Notes under the pieces: generated by a model
Seen by the model: only the letters and a program-made list of their open reading frames with translations
What the model was told of the DNA's origin: nothing
Databases searched by the model: none
Source of the DNA: Asterias amurensis
Lineage: Eukaryota
Assembly (NCBI RefSeq): GCF_032118995.1
Contig: NC_092652.1
Coordinates: 27,235,339 to 27,299,338, forward strand
Reading direction: 5' to 3'
Length of the DNA stretch: 64,000 bases
Shown here: piece after piece, positions 35,101 to 41,022 of the stretch
Layout of the letters: each line of letters begins with the position of its first letter
Position numbering within the stretch: the first letter of the stretch is position 1
Program-made: the position numbers and the translations under genes

Positions 35101-37617
35101 TATGAACTTTTTATGACAATAATAATAATAATAATATCGAAGTCTTATATAGCGCACGTATCCACCAAACAAGGTGCTCAAGGCGCTGAGTATATATACA
35201 AACTTTCAGAAAGATAGGTTATTGCAGTGATGAATTCTGAGACCCAATTATTTAGCACCTTATAAGGGTTTACAAGGCGCTACGGCGCATTAAGCAGCCA
35301 CAACCAGGAACACCGGGGCGAACCCCTTCTCTTTTCGATAAGTGCACTGGGTTCTTTTACATGCGTTACACAACACATGGGACCAACGGCTTTACGTCCC
35401 TTCCGAAGGACGAAGCAATGGTTAAGTGTCTTGCTCAAGGACACAGTGTCACGGCTGGGGATGACATCAGGGACACAGTTCACTAACTTGAAAAAAATGT
35501 TGCTTAGCAAATGTTGTATTATACACTTTCAGGAGACACTTTTTGGGAGCCAGAGTTACAATATATCCCTTGGCATTTTGGCTGGTAGTTTGTCTTTCGC
35601 CTGCTTAGCAAATTTGAAGCTCTTTTCAAAGATTCCGCTTTGGCTGTGGCTTAGGTTGTGTCTGGCTATGGCTTAGGTTGTGTCTGGCTATGGCTTAGGT
35701 TGCGTGTGGCTATGGCTTAGGTTGTGTCTGGCTATGGCTTAGGTTGTGTCTGGCTATGGCTTAGGCTGTGTCTGGCTATGGCTTAGGTTGTGTCTGACTG
35801 TTTATATATGTACCAAACATTTCAAAGTAACTGAAGGAGCATAATATAAGCCTTTTAGCTGAACAGGCCCAATTTCATAAAGTCTGTGCGCATTAAAATT
35901 TGCTAAGCACAGACAAATTTTGCTTAACAAAAAACTGGTTACCAGCCGAAATTCCATAGAGTTTACATAAATGCAACTGGTGCCCCACTCATTTTATGCT
36001 TAGCAAAGAAAGTTGCCAAGTAGTATTTTTCGCTTAAAGCCATTGGACCCTTTCGGTACAGGAAAAAAAAAAAAAGTTCACAGATTTACAAATAATTTAC
36101 AGGGTTTACAGAAGGTAATGGTGAAAGACTTCTCTTGAAATATTAGTCCATGAAATGCTTTACTTTTTGAGAAAACGGTAAAACAATATAAATTCTCGTT
36201 AACGAGAATTACGGATTTGTTATAAACACATGTCATGACACGGCGAAACGCGCGAAAACAGGAGTGGGTTTTCCCGTTATTTTCTCCCGACTCCGATGTC
36301 CGATTGAGCCTAAATTTCCACAGGATTGTTATTTTATATATAAGTTGTGATACACGAAGTGTGGGACTTGGACAATAGTGTTTACCGAAAGTGTATAATG
36401 GCTTTAAACGAAATAGGACCATGTTGGTTTGGTTTGAACAAGATAAGGTGATTATTACACCATACATTGTAATCAAGTGTGTTGTAATGCATGCATCCAT
36501 GGTGAATCATCAAGCGCAAGGCCAGGCTAGTCTGTCACCCTGGACATCATAGCCTGGCATTACATGAATTATAGCCTGGCTACATATGAATTATAGCCTG
36601 GCTATCATACTAATGAATCAATGGCTGATGTAAGAGGTTGACACACAGCTCAAACTAGTGTACAATAAATGAATCATGGAGCAGAGCTTCTTGACAAATT
36701 ATTGTAGTTACTTCGATCGGGAGTAAAAATTAAAATTGTGAATGTTAAGATTTGTATTGGCAAAATTTATTAAATAAAAATGAACAAAAGTTTGGCTGAT
36801 CAACATAATATAAAAAGAAAAGTAACATTAGAGTTTTCAGCATGATCAATCCTGCTTATCAAATTTAAACAAGTGAAATAAAACAAAAGTGAACAAGTTT
36901 TCTCTGAAGATTTACCTTCTTTGAGTTGATATCTTCTGATGAAATCATCAACGACAACAATTCAGGATTTACAGTTTCAAATGAAGTCTCGTCATCCTGT
37001 CCCCAAAACTGATCATCTCTCTCTTTGACATCAAAATGAAAATCATAATCAGGAATTTCAAAGTTCCCCACTGTCTCATCAATAAGAACCTGTCTGTTCT
37101 CTGCAACAGCCTTCTTAGGGAGGTGAGAGGGTTGCTGAAACCCAGCTGGCTTGACTTGTCTTTGCTGGGAAGGCTTTATCAAGGTGTTAGTAACTGTAGG
37201 TTTCTTTAAGGAGCTAGAGCCAAGACTGGTCGACTGGTTGATGAGAGTAGACTTTGTGGAGAGGGTCGTTTTGTAAGAGCCTCCTTGAAGACTGCTGGTT
37301 TTAGACGTGCTGAGCAAAGAGGATGTGAGAGGTGTCAACTTGGATCCAAGAAGGAGTCGATTACTCTGAAGGCTGAGAGATTCTTGCTTCAGATTTAGCG
37401 AAACTGGCTTGAAGCTTGAGTAAGACCCTGTCGCATTCTTATCCTTGGAAGGGGCATTCCTTGATCCAATCTGAGTAGATTTACTGCTCACTGACTGTAG
37501 GAGAGGATTAACTAATGAAGAAGAGAGCCGAGGGCCTGAGGTGAGGCTACCAATGCAGCTCTGTCTTGATGACGTCAGAAGAGGGTTGTCTAAACGTGAC
37601 TTGAGTTCAGTCTTCAT
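5032..37617 (-). CDS. TEP1: TEP1 (telomerase-associated / vault protein 1) orthologue, whole-gene span with about 47 coding exons. Domain order: N-terminal low-complexity region, TROVE, vWA-like, DUF4062, NACHT, WD40 array
   Basis: Multiple exons give strong collinear matches to human TEP1. Examples: [31 protein letters not shown] vs [26 protein letters not shown]; DUF4062, [34 protein letters not shown] vs [34 protein letters not shown]; NACHT P-loop, [15 protein letters not shown] vs SLVTGQSGQGKTAFL; C-terminus, [15 protein letters not shown] vs LAVGDVQGNVYFLNWE*. Splice phases are consistent across all exon junctions except E8/E9. Confidence 0.85.
5306..5410 (-). CDS. TEP1: TEP1 exon 46 (WD40)
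   Basis: [35 protein letters not shown] vs human VTALHVLPELLVTASKDRDVKLWERPSMQ. Acceptor tttctag|, donor CAG|GTAATG. Confidence 0.7.
5641..5871 (-). CDS. TEP1: TEP1 exon 45 (WD40)
   Basis: [77 protein letters not shown]. Acceptor ttttag|, donor AAG|GTAGGT. Confidence 0.6.
6540..6920. mobile_element. copy of the about 380-bp MITE/SINE-like repeat family (see 32040..32420)
   Basis: Sequence identity by eye across most of its length to 32040..32420. Confidence 0.6.
7230..7905. repeat. 24-bp satellite-like tandem array, about 27 units (consensus ggtaagcattgattctttgcttac), in a TEP1 intron
   Basis: Direct reading. Perfect 24-bp periodicity creates spurious long ORFs on both strands (7484..7909 minus, 7488..8120 plus). 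Confidence 0.9.
7991..8116 (-). CDS. TEP1: TEP1 exon 44 (WD40)
   Basis: [42 protein letters not shown]. Acceptor ccatcag|, donor AGA|GTACAG. Anchored to the stop codon of the plus-strand ORF at 8118..8120. Confidence 0.55.
8532..8613 (-). CDS. TEP1: TEP1 exon 43
   Basis: (R)[27 protein letters not shown]. Acceptor tttttgaag|, donor AAG|GTAACC. Confidence 0.5.
9395..9785. repeat. long imperfect palindrome / foldback element with about 190-bp arms and a perfect 42-bp palindromic core at about 9567..9608
   Basis: Core ggccatttatgggagtcaaaaatttgactcccataaatggcc. The outer arms are reverse complements, for example aaaggaacacgttgccttggatcg and cgatccaaggcaacatgttccttt. Confidence 0.8.
10100..10191 (-). 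CDS. TEP1: TEP1 exon 42 (WD40)
   Basis: [30 protein letters not shown]. Acceptor ttaatag|, donor AG|GTAAGC. The phase links exon 41 (phase 0) to exon 43 (1-nt start). Confidence 0.5.
10270..10510 (+). mobile_element. tRNA-derived SINE (tRNA-like head gggttggtgtagtggtatc..ggacccgcgttcaaatccc, A-rich tail)
   Basis: tRNA-like A/B-box head. The body ..tctctggggttttctcccc..gattaagttcagaattaataaataaataaa.. is shared with copies at 16540..16760 and 34330..34590. Confidence 0.6.
10900..11019 (-). CDS. TEP1: TEP1 exon 41 (WD40)
   Basis: [40 protein letters not shown]. Acceptor ttttttag|, donor AAG|GTAAGA. Confidence 0.6.
11326..11513 (-). CDS. TEP1: TEP1 exon 40
   Basis: (D)[62 protein letters not shown]. 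Acceptor ttgtacag|, donor CAG|GTAAAT. Confidence 0.55.
11860..11998 (-). CDS. TEP1: TEP1 exon 39 (WD40)
   Basis: [46 protein letters not shown](G). Compare human SSDGSVGLWDPESGQRLGQFLGHQSAVSAV.. and GTLKVWDHQGVELTSIPAHSGPISHC. Acceptor aaacag|, donor G|GTAGAA. Confidence 0.65.
12500..12607 (-). CDS. TEP1: TEP1 exon 38 (WD40)
   Basis: [36 protein letters not shown]. Donor AGT|GTGAGT. Confidence 0.6.
13387..13515 (-). CDS. TEP1: TEP1 exon 37 (WD40)
   Basis: [43 protein letters not shown]. Acceptor ccatag|, donor TTG|GTAAGA. Confidence 0.55.
13933..14035 (-). CDS. TEP1: TEP1 exon 36 (WD40)
   Basis: (S)[34 protein letters not shown]. Acceptor cttccag|, donor ATG|GTAAAC. Confidence 0.55.
14253..14419 (-). 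CDS. TEP1: TEP1 exon 35 (WD40)
   Basis: [55 protein letters not shown]. Acceptor ttattccag|, donor AAAAG|GTAAAT. Confidence 0.6.
14759..15022 (-). CDS. TEP1: TEP1 exon 34 (WD40)
   Basis: [88 protein letters not shown] vs human VQVWSGSLGRPRGHLGSLSLSPALSVALSPDGDRVAVGYRADGIRIYKI... Donor GAG|GTTAGT. Confidence 0.7.
15638..15736 (-). CDS. TEP1: TEP1 exon 33 (WD40)
   Basis: [33 protein letters not shown]. Acceptor ctgcgcag|, donor AAG|GTATGG. Confidence 0.6.
15880..16190. repeat. about 80-bp tandem repeat, 3 to 4 copies, each headed by a G7-G11 run
   Basis: Unit (g)n cagattggtagctgtattggtcattccttacacagctagcgcagtcattcggggcttgcaaattcagtcgtgaatgt repeated at about 15895, 15975 and 16075. A related fragment lies at 4880..4990. 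Confidence 0.8.
16321..16440 (-). CDS. TEP1: TEP1 exon 32 (WD40)
   Basis: [40 protein letters not shown]. Acceptor ttcag|, donor CAG|GTATGT. Phase 0-0. Confidence 0.6.
16540..16760 (+). mobile_element. SINE copy (same family as 10270..10510), partially 5'-truncated
   Basis: Shared body ..attctctggggttttcttccc..ctggcttcacaatcagaataaataaatgaaa. Confidence 0.5.
16793..17012 (-). CDS. TEP1: TEP1 exon 31 (WD40)
   Basis: ..[63 protein letters not shown] vs ..[46 protein letters not shown]. Confidence 0.75.
17150..17258 (-). CDS. TEP1: TEP1 exon 30 (WD40); 5' boundary approximate
   Basis: (A)[35 protein letters not shown](R). Donor AG|GTACAT. Confidence 0.45.
17733..17802 (-). CDS. TEP1: TEP1 exon 29 (WD40)
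   Basis: [23 protein letters not shown](G). Acceptor cgtag|, donor G|GTAAGA. Phase links to exon 30. Confidence 0.45.
18207..18302 (-). CDS. TEP1: TEP1 exon 28 (WD40)
   Basis: [32 protein letters not shown] vs AVAFSTNGQRAAVGTANGTVYLLDLRTWQ. Acceptor ttccag|, donor AAG|GTGGGT. Additional small exon(s) may lie between 18302 and 18901. Confidence 0.55.
18901..19122 (-). CDS. TEP1: TEP1 exon 27
   Basis: [45 protein letters not shown].. vs ..FLRQQASILSQYPRLLPQQAANQPLDSPLCHQ. Acceptor tatttacag|, donor CAG|GTTGGT. Confidence 0.6.
19398..19455. repeat. 15-bp microsatellite-like tandem repeat (cataataatattgat x4)
   Basis: Direct reading. Confidence 0.8.
19501..19781 (-). CDS. TEP1: TEP1 exon 26 (3' end ambiguous between 19507 and 19501)
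   Basis: (G)[67 protein letters not shown].. vs ..EALGDLPYHLLQSGNRGLLSKFLTNLHVVAAHLELGLVSRLLEAHALYASS. The LPYHL motif is conserved. Confidence 0.6.
20034..20146 (-). CDS. TEP1: TEP1 exon 25
   Basis: (S)[38 protein letters not shown] vs ..RTAAKRCYGKRPGLEDTAHILIAAQ. Acceptor tctacag|, donor G|GTAAGG. Confidence 0.55.
21101..21371 (-). CDS. TEP1: TEP1 exon 24
   Basis: (E)[89 protein letters not shown]. Phase-consistent with exons 23 and 25. Donor AG|GTGAGA. Confidence 0.55.
21592..21724 (-). CDS. TEP1: TEP1 exon 23
   Basis: [45 protein letters not shown] vs VSERLRTLPATVPLLLQHILSTLEKEHGPDVLPQALTALEV. Confidence 0.65.
22260..22352 (-). CDS. TEP1: TEP1 exon 22
   Basis: [31 protein letters not shown] vs MRLLLVKRESGRPLYLRLVTDHLRLFTLYEQ. 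Donor CAA|GTATGT. Confidence 0.75.
22693..22869 (-). CDS. TEP1: TEP1 exon 21
   Basis: [59 protein letters not shown] vs CVHLVLSVSSDAGLGETLEQSQGAHVLALGPLEASARARLVREELALYGKRLEESPFNNQ. Confidence 0.75.
23090..23230 (-). mobile_element. short interspersed repeat with tRNA-like end (gatttgaacccacgacctttgcaatt); second copy at 24410..24640
   Basis: ccatgtgtgttagcactatatactc..gatttgaacccacgaccttt.. occurs at both loci, both in TEP1 introns. Confidence 0.5.
23250..23400 (-). CDS. TEP1: TEP1 exon 20 (NACHT Walker B region)
   Basis: (N)[50 protein letters not shown] vs SLVWELQQRLLPKSAESLHPGQTQVLIIDGADRLVDQNGQLISDWIPKKLPR. Confidence 0.65.
23642..23817 (-). CDS. TEP1: TEP1 exon 19 (NACHT)
   Basis: [58 protein letters not shown] vs SLVSALQAPDGAKVAPLVFFHFSGARPDQGLALTLLRRLCTYLRGQLKEP. 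Confidence 0.65.
24162..24344 (-). CDS. TEP1: TEP1 exon 18 (NACHT Walker A / P-loop)
   Basis: [61 protein letters not shown]. The GKSGCGKT motif is the Walker A P-loop. Donor ATG|GTTAGT. Confidence 0.75.
24410..24640 (-). mobile_element. second copy of the interspersed repeat seen at 23090..23230
   Basis: ccccacaccgatgtgtgttagcactgtatactc..ggattcagacccacgacctttaccattc..ccccgatgcaaatttaacacc. Confidence 0.5.
25026..25146 (-). CDS. TEP1: TEP1 exon 17
   Basis: (G)[40 protein letters not shown] vs [38 protein letters not shown]. Confidence 0.7.
25590..25715. repeat. 42-bp tandem triplication; each unit carries a consensus splice donor (reverse complement GG|GTAAGTTCC) at the 3' end of TEP1 exon 16
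   Basis: Units ggaacttacccatcaa[a/t][g/a][a/t]acttctagtccactgcctttaag at about 25592, 25634 and 25676. The copy at the highest coordinate supplies the exon 16 donor. Confidence 0.8.
25677..25790 (-). CDS. TEP1: TEP1 exon 16 (3' end lies inside a 42-bp tandem repeat)
   Basis: (K)[38 protein letters not shown] vs [36 protein letters not shown]. Donor GG|GTAAGT is present in each repeat unit. Confidence 0.55.
26290..26532 (-). CDS. TEP1: TEP1 exon 15 (DUF4062 C-terminal part)
   Basis: [70 protein letters not shown] vs [69 protein letters not shown]. Confidence 0.75.
26986..27162 (-). CDS. TEP1: TEP1 exon 14 (DUF4062 N-terminal part)
   Basis: (R)[58 protein letters not shown](R) vs [59 protein letters not shown]. 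Confidence 0.8.
27754..27830 (-). CDS. TEP1: TEP1 exon 13
   Basis: [25 protein letters not shown] vs IPPPPGKTGVQSLRPLEEDTPSPLAPVSQQGW. Acceptor ttttttag|, donor AG|GTCAGA. Confidence 0.55.
28169..28313 (-). CDS. TEP1: TEP1 exon 12
   Basis: (S)[48 protein letters not shown] vs STDLNPNDVTLSGCTDAILKFIAEHGASHLLEHVGQMDKIFKI. Acceptor cttacag|, donor CAG|GTAGGA. Confidence 0.65.
28540..28810 (-). mobile_element. tRNA-derived SINE, reverse orientation (..ggtattccaacccacactctgtgaataac..)
   Basis: The reverse complement shows a tRNA-like head. Related reverse-orientation fragments lie at 19290..19390 (ggtattcaaacccacactctgctgattag), 31480..31590 and 48640..48800. Confidence 0.45.
29034..29275 (-). 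CDS. TEP1: TEP1 exon 11
   Basis: [80 protein letters not shown]. This corresponds to human ..VPVDRVILLGQSMDDGM... Donor AG|GTAAGA. Confidence 0.65.
29651..29803 (-). CDS. TEP1: TEP1 exon 10
   Basis: [51 protein letters not shown] vs ALLLIGMMITRAEQVDVVLCGGDTLKTAVLKAEEGILKTAIKLQAQVQ. Acceptor tatttacag|, donor CAG|GTAAAT. Confidence 0.7.
30349..30546 (-). CDS. TEP1: TEP1 exon 9 (vWA-like part of TROVE module); 5' boundary uncertain
   Basis: [47 protein letters not shown] vs KYDGEMLNRYRQALETAVNLSVKHSLPLLPGRTVLVYLTDANAD. Donor GAAAAG|GTTTGT. The phase mismatch with exon 8 implies an undetected small exon between 30550 and 31085. Confidence 0.5.
31086..31227 (-). CDS. TEP1: TEP1 exon 8 candidate (Arg-Gly-rich insert)
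   Basis: Phase-compatible with exon 7 (2-nt start). Encodes [47 protein letters not shown]. Acceptor ..gtgcaaag|, donor AAA|GTAAGT. No human counterpart for the RGG run, so confidence is lower. Confidence 0.4.
31731..31937 (-). CDS. TEP1: TEP1 exon 7 (TROVE)
   Basis: (D)[68 protein letters not shown] vs human [65 protein letters not shown]. Confidence 0.75.
32040..32420. mobile_element. about 380-bp MITE/SINE-like interspersed repeat (tttaaaggcactggacactattggtaattactcaaaataatt...cacttggtgtatcccaacat). Other copies: 6540..6920, 24770..24990, 25230..25350, 27290..27660, 41640..42020, 22900..23050
   Basis: Copies in both orientations share blocks (ggtaattactcaaaa, agcaatggagagctgttgatagtataaaacattgtgagaaa, ctcacttggtgt.tcccaa). 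Repeat-derived ORFs [13 protein letters not shown] / [14 protein letters not shown] recur at 6793..7224 and 32358..32756. Confidence 0.6.
32477..32634 (-). CDS. TEP1: TEP1 exon 6 (TROVE)
   Basis: (K)[52 protein letters not shown] vs YPSNLQLFSRSRLPGPWDSSRAGKRMKLSRPETWERELSLRGNKASVWEELI. Confidence 0.75.
32950..33232 (-). CDS. TEP1: TEP1 exon 5 (basic/acidic low-complexity, then [13 protein letters not shown]..)
   Basis: (G)[34 protein letters not shown] vs KYNPRKHRAKRH..RFTLKKLVQRLHIHKPAQHVQALLGYR. Coordinates anchored to the ORF track. Confidence 0.65.
33626..33722 (-). CDS. TEP1: TEP1 exon 4
   Basis: [33 protein letters not shown] vs KNKLVPLPACLRTAMTDKFAQFDEYQLAK. Acceptor ccgcag|, donor G|GTAAGA. 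Confidence 0.65.
33914..34075 (-). CDS. TEP1: TEP1 exon 3
   Basis: [54 protein letters not shown] vs ASLYARQQLNVRNVANNILAIAAFLPACRPHLRRYFCAIVQLPSDWIQVAELYQ. Acceptor cgtag|, donor CTT|GTAAGT. Confidence 0.7.
34330..34590 (+). mobile_element. SINE copy (same family as 10270..10510)
   Basis: ..ctaggacccctgtgcaaatcctgcagggg..ggctaataggtgattaagttcac..ctggcttcacaaccagaattaataactaatg. Confidence 0.5.
34683..34817 (-). CDS. TEP1: TEP1 exon 2
   Basis: ..[14 protein letters not shown] vs human ..ELALLEPEFILK. Acceptor cgattag|AGA, donor AAG|GTTGGT. Confidence 0.55.
35100..35520. repeat. interspersed repeat family (aataataataat..gtcttatatagcgcacgtat..caaggcgctgagt..caaactttcagaaagataggttattgcag); related copies at 22400..22570, 21900..22060 and 19130..19215
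   Basis: Shared blocks visible by eye. Confidence 0.5.
35640..35805. repeat. 22-bp tandem repeat, about 8 units (ggcttaggttgtgtctggctat)
   Basis: Direct reading. Confidence 0.85.
36050..36430 (+). repeat. about 380-bp interspersed repeat with internal palindrome ctcgttaacgagaat; other copies at 3040..3430 (minus) and 46150..46520 (plus)
   Basis: Shared: aaagttcacagatttacaaataa.ttacagggtttac.gaag..atggtga.agacttc.cttgaaatatta..ccatgaa...ctcg.ta.cgagaat..aacacatgtcatgaca.ggcgaaa.g.gc..aaaca.g.g...ttttcc.gttattttctcccgactccgatg.ccgattg. Repeat-derived ORFs at 3054..3254 and 36078..36500. Confidence 0.7.
36916..37617 (-). CDS. TEP1: TEP1 exon 1 (start codon; S/T/L-rich low-complexity N-terminus)
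   Basis: ORF-track ATG at 37617; donor AAG|GTAAAT after ..SSEDINSKK. 234 codons. No vertebrate-type 30-aa N-terminal repeats are present. Confidence 0.6.
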
Positions 37618-39049
37618 GATGTCTTAGTTCCTGAATGATCAATAATATACAATTAATAACATAAAAACGCATATCCTGCCATCACTTTTTCATTTGTTAT
37701 GACATAAATAAGTATCTAATTTACTCAAATATATTGGTAAAAATGAGTGATAAGTGGTGGCAGGATACGGTTATCTTTCCCTTAACTCTAGTCTTGTCAT
37801 TTTTTTTTTACAGCACAAGTCGCCGCTACTTGGCTATGTTACGTACGTGCAGACCCTCAGCCTCATGCTGTAAGCTTCTAGTTAAAATGTTATTTTTTTC
37901 AAAGATTTACTTAAATTTATAAGTAACTTATTGCTGTGCTGGATCTGTTCAGTGAAACTTGCGGCACCAGTCATCAAATGGGTTGAAATTGTAATGTAAG
38001 AAAAATTAAGCCATTTGATCCATAATATAAAAGTATATCAATAACTTCTCATCAAAGTTCAATCTCATCATCTTTGATGTTGATTAAAAACAGATTAATA
38101 AAAAACCTTCTTACCAAAGATCTTTACTCTTACATCATCTTTACATCATCTTGTATATCATTAACATCTCTCTTACCCTCAACTCAATTAGGACTCACTT
38201 GACTGTGAAGAAGAAGAAGTACACAACTTCCCACAACCTACTAGCTACGCTACGCCCCTCTCTCTCTTTGATTTTGAGGCTGGTACGTTTTGGTAGTGGT
38301 GGTGTCCGTTTTTATTAGGCTGACCATTGATGTCATAGATGTTTTTCAACGTAGTTCAGAACATTCTAGTTTATCACCCCGATCTCAGCACCATACTTGG
38401 ACGATACAAACTGCTAACTTCTAATTTCTTCTTACTATTTATTGCAAACTATTGCACCATCACTTCCTTGGTTGCCCACATACCCCTGGAACCAAAACAC
38501 ACAATTCCTACACTAGGAAATTCTATCGCACAAACAGCTATTTTAATGCGCAATAAATCACGGCGACAGAGCTTCCTAGTCAGGCTTGTTAAGATACGAC
38601 GACTGTTGCAAAACTATTTATATTTTGTTATTTGTGTTCGTATTATGATTCAGTACAAAATAAAGATAAAAAAGACCAATGTGACCAGCCGCAATGTGAC
38701 TTATTTTTCTTAATAGTTTATTTCAATGTGTTTTTGAATTTATTAATTGAACAAAAAAACTCTTTTGCAAATAAAACCCCTACTATTTTCATGCAACAGC
38801 CGTCAATAAAATTTAAAGTCTAAACTCCAAACGTAAAGTGGTAGTTTTAGGTTCACCTCGGTATAGGTACCAAACTACTCTTGTCTTTACACAAAACTTG
38901 GTCTAAAAGAAAACTACACGCACAAAACAACAAAGCTGAAAGCAAATTTGCAAAGGTAAGCTATTTTCAACTTTTAATGAGAGAAAATTCAGGCATATTT
39001 CTATTGTGCAATCTTGTGAAAGAATTCTCCTTAATGTTGTTATACAATA

Positions 39050-39700
39050 CAACACAAGTAATATAGGAGGTCCTGTTTTCAAGAAGGTGTCCCTAAAAAT
39101 AAAAATCGTGGCAAATCTTTTACCTCTCGTCTCTGTAGTGCGCGAGTGGGGCTATGCGCGATGTAAACGGGTCAGTCCCTCCGATCCTACGTTCCTATAG
39201 AGTAGATACCAAAAAGTTGGTTTTATTTGCTAAGCAAAGAGTCTCCTCTCCCTCGACCAAAACTTAGAAACACGTAAGGCTCCACTGGTTATTTACACTT
39301 GTATTGTAAATGCAAAAAGTTTGGTATTTTAGGCATTTCTATCGTAGTAGGAGGTCCTGTTTTGGTGTCCCTAAAATCGTGGCAAATCTTTTACCTCTCT
39401 GTGCACGATGTAAACAGTCCCGAGAAACATTGGATAACTTTCCGTATGGCGCCACCACCTTTTCACTCATTTTTACAAAAAGGGATATATCAATCAGGTA
39501 AATTAGATACTATATTATTTTATTTCGAATGAAAAAGTGGTGGCGCCATACGGAAACTTTTCCGAAACATTTTTTGGGGTTTTATTTGCCAAGCAAAGAG
39601 TCTCCTCTTTGACCAAAACTTAGAAACACATAAGGCTCCACTGGTTATTTGCACTTGTAAATGCAAAAAGTTTGGTGTTTTAGGAATTTCTACAACTACA
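39050..39700. repeat. about 300-bp segment duplicated in tandem, each copy containing a foldback core, between TEP1 and RAMAC
   Basis: ggaggtcctgtttt..gtccctaaaa..cgtggcaaatcttttacctct.. and ..gctaagcaaagagtctcctct..ccaaaacttagaaacac[g/a]taaggctccactggttatttacacttgta..aatgcaaaaagtttggt[a/g]ttttagg are repeated at about 39060 and 39340, and at about 39225 and 39590. Confidence 0.6.
39433..39562. mobile_element. foldback MITE-like element with terminal inverted repeats ccgtatggcgccaccac(c)tttt; a second copy lies at 59806..59933
   Basis: 39433 ccgtatggcgccaccaccttttcactcatttttacaaaaaggg...gaatgaaaaagtggtggcgccatacgg. The same TIRs and core occur at 59806..59933 in a DCLK intron. Confidence 0.7.
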
Positions 39701-40221
39701 AGGTACAAAAATATGTCACAATAAGGTTTATCGCGATTCAGAAACGCAATGCATTGTGGGAAGGAATATGGGGCGGTTTCTATGCAGTTTCTACGACTCG
39801 CGCATGCAACACCTATACCTTTGTGGGTTCAACAGCGCCCTCACTTGATATTTTGCTGTTCGCGATAAAACTTATGTTGAGGCCATATTAAAAAAATATA
39901 TATATATATGAAATTGGGCCCTGGGACATAATATATTTACAAAAGAGGATCGACAATAGGTGAACTTCCTGGCCGGTTAGTGTAGGTTCTCAAAACCAAT
40001 GGGAGCTGTTATGTTGCCAAAAAGTACAAACAAAAGAGCTAACAGTAGGATTTGAGGTTTCAGATTGAAGGTGTTGGCGCACATGCTTTGGTGTGTGAAT
40101 GTGAACCATACATTTTTGTTGTCACCTTTTTTATTCGGAAAACAACAACAAATAGTGGTTTGTTTTAGTGACTCTGTCTTGTTTTTGACGAAATTGGTGA
40201 CATATTTATTCAAATTGGGCA

Positions 40222-40436
40222 TTACCTTAATTAAAATGGAAATAACATTTCATTGTCCTTCTTTCAGGTCATAACGCTGGAGTCTTATGTTTTAGATATC
40301 AGATCAAAGTAATGCATCCCACCATGGATTCTGCAGGGGTTAATTAAAATGGAAATAACATTTCATTGTCCTTCTTTCAGGTCATAACGCTGGAGTCTTA
40401 TGTTTTAGATATCAGATCAAAGTAATGCATCCCACC
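40222..40436 (+). repeat. tandem duplication (2 x about 105 bp) of the RAMAC exon-1 acceptor/start region, creating an upstream ATG and a 7-codon uORF
   Basis: ttaattaaaatggaaataacatttcattgtccttctttcag|gtcataacgctggagtcttatgttttagatatcagatcaaagtaatgcatcccaccatggattctgcagggg occurs twice. Copy 1 reads ATGGATTCTGCAGGGGTTAATTAA (MDSAGVN*). Confidence 0.8.
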
Positions 40437-40660
40437 ATGGATTCTGCAGGGGACAAAACACCTACAGATGTTAGCACAGAAAAAGTATCTGCTGAAAACC
40501 CAACAAGTTCAGATATAGTCCAAAACTATCAGGAGATGTTTTCATCTAGGTACAGTGACGAAGATACATTCTACGAACCCTATAAAAACAAAGGAATGGA
40601 CCCCCCACCCATCATGGAAAACTACTTCATCAGACAACAAAAGAGAAGCTGGAATGACAG
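40437..40660 (+). CDS. RAMAC: RAMAC (RNMT-activating mini protein, FAM103A1-like) exon 1
   Basis: Kozak caccATGG. MDSAGDKTPTDVSTEKVSAENPTSSDIVQNYQEMFSSRYSDEDTFYEPYKNKGMDPPPIMENYFIRQQKRSWND matches the RAMAC N-terminal RNMT-activation motif [32 protein letters not shown]. Donor AG|GTTTGT. Confidence 0.6.
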
Positions 40661-41022
40661 GTTTGTTGTTAACTAAGAGAGGTTTGCTGTAGCAGTGTGT
40701 GAACATCTCTTTGTAATTAGTGTTACTGAAAAGAACCAGTGGTTAACAACTGCTCAAAAGAGATATTAGTGGTGTTACAGCTATTCACATAATCTTAACC
40801 ATGTATCCTTGAATCAAGCAAAGGTTGCATTATTAATTTCTTTGGATGAAGTAACTTTCCCAATGTTGTGTATTCAGAACACTGATGACCAAAGTCTAAA
40901 TGCAATTTTGTGCAGTTTTTATAAGAATTGAGTTTTGTATTAAATTTGTGAACAACTCAAAGCATTAAGGATATTAAAGATTAATTAAGTGTATTTATAA
41001 TTATTCTCTTTTGTTGCCATAG

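Noticed and set aside
36078-36500. 140-aa minus-strand ORF
   Set aside because: Lies entirely inside a copy of the 380-bp interspersed repeat that is also present at 3040..3430 and 46150..46520. No homology.
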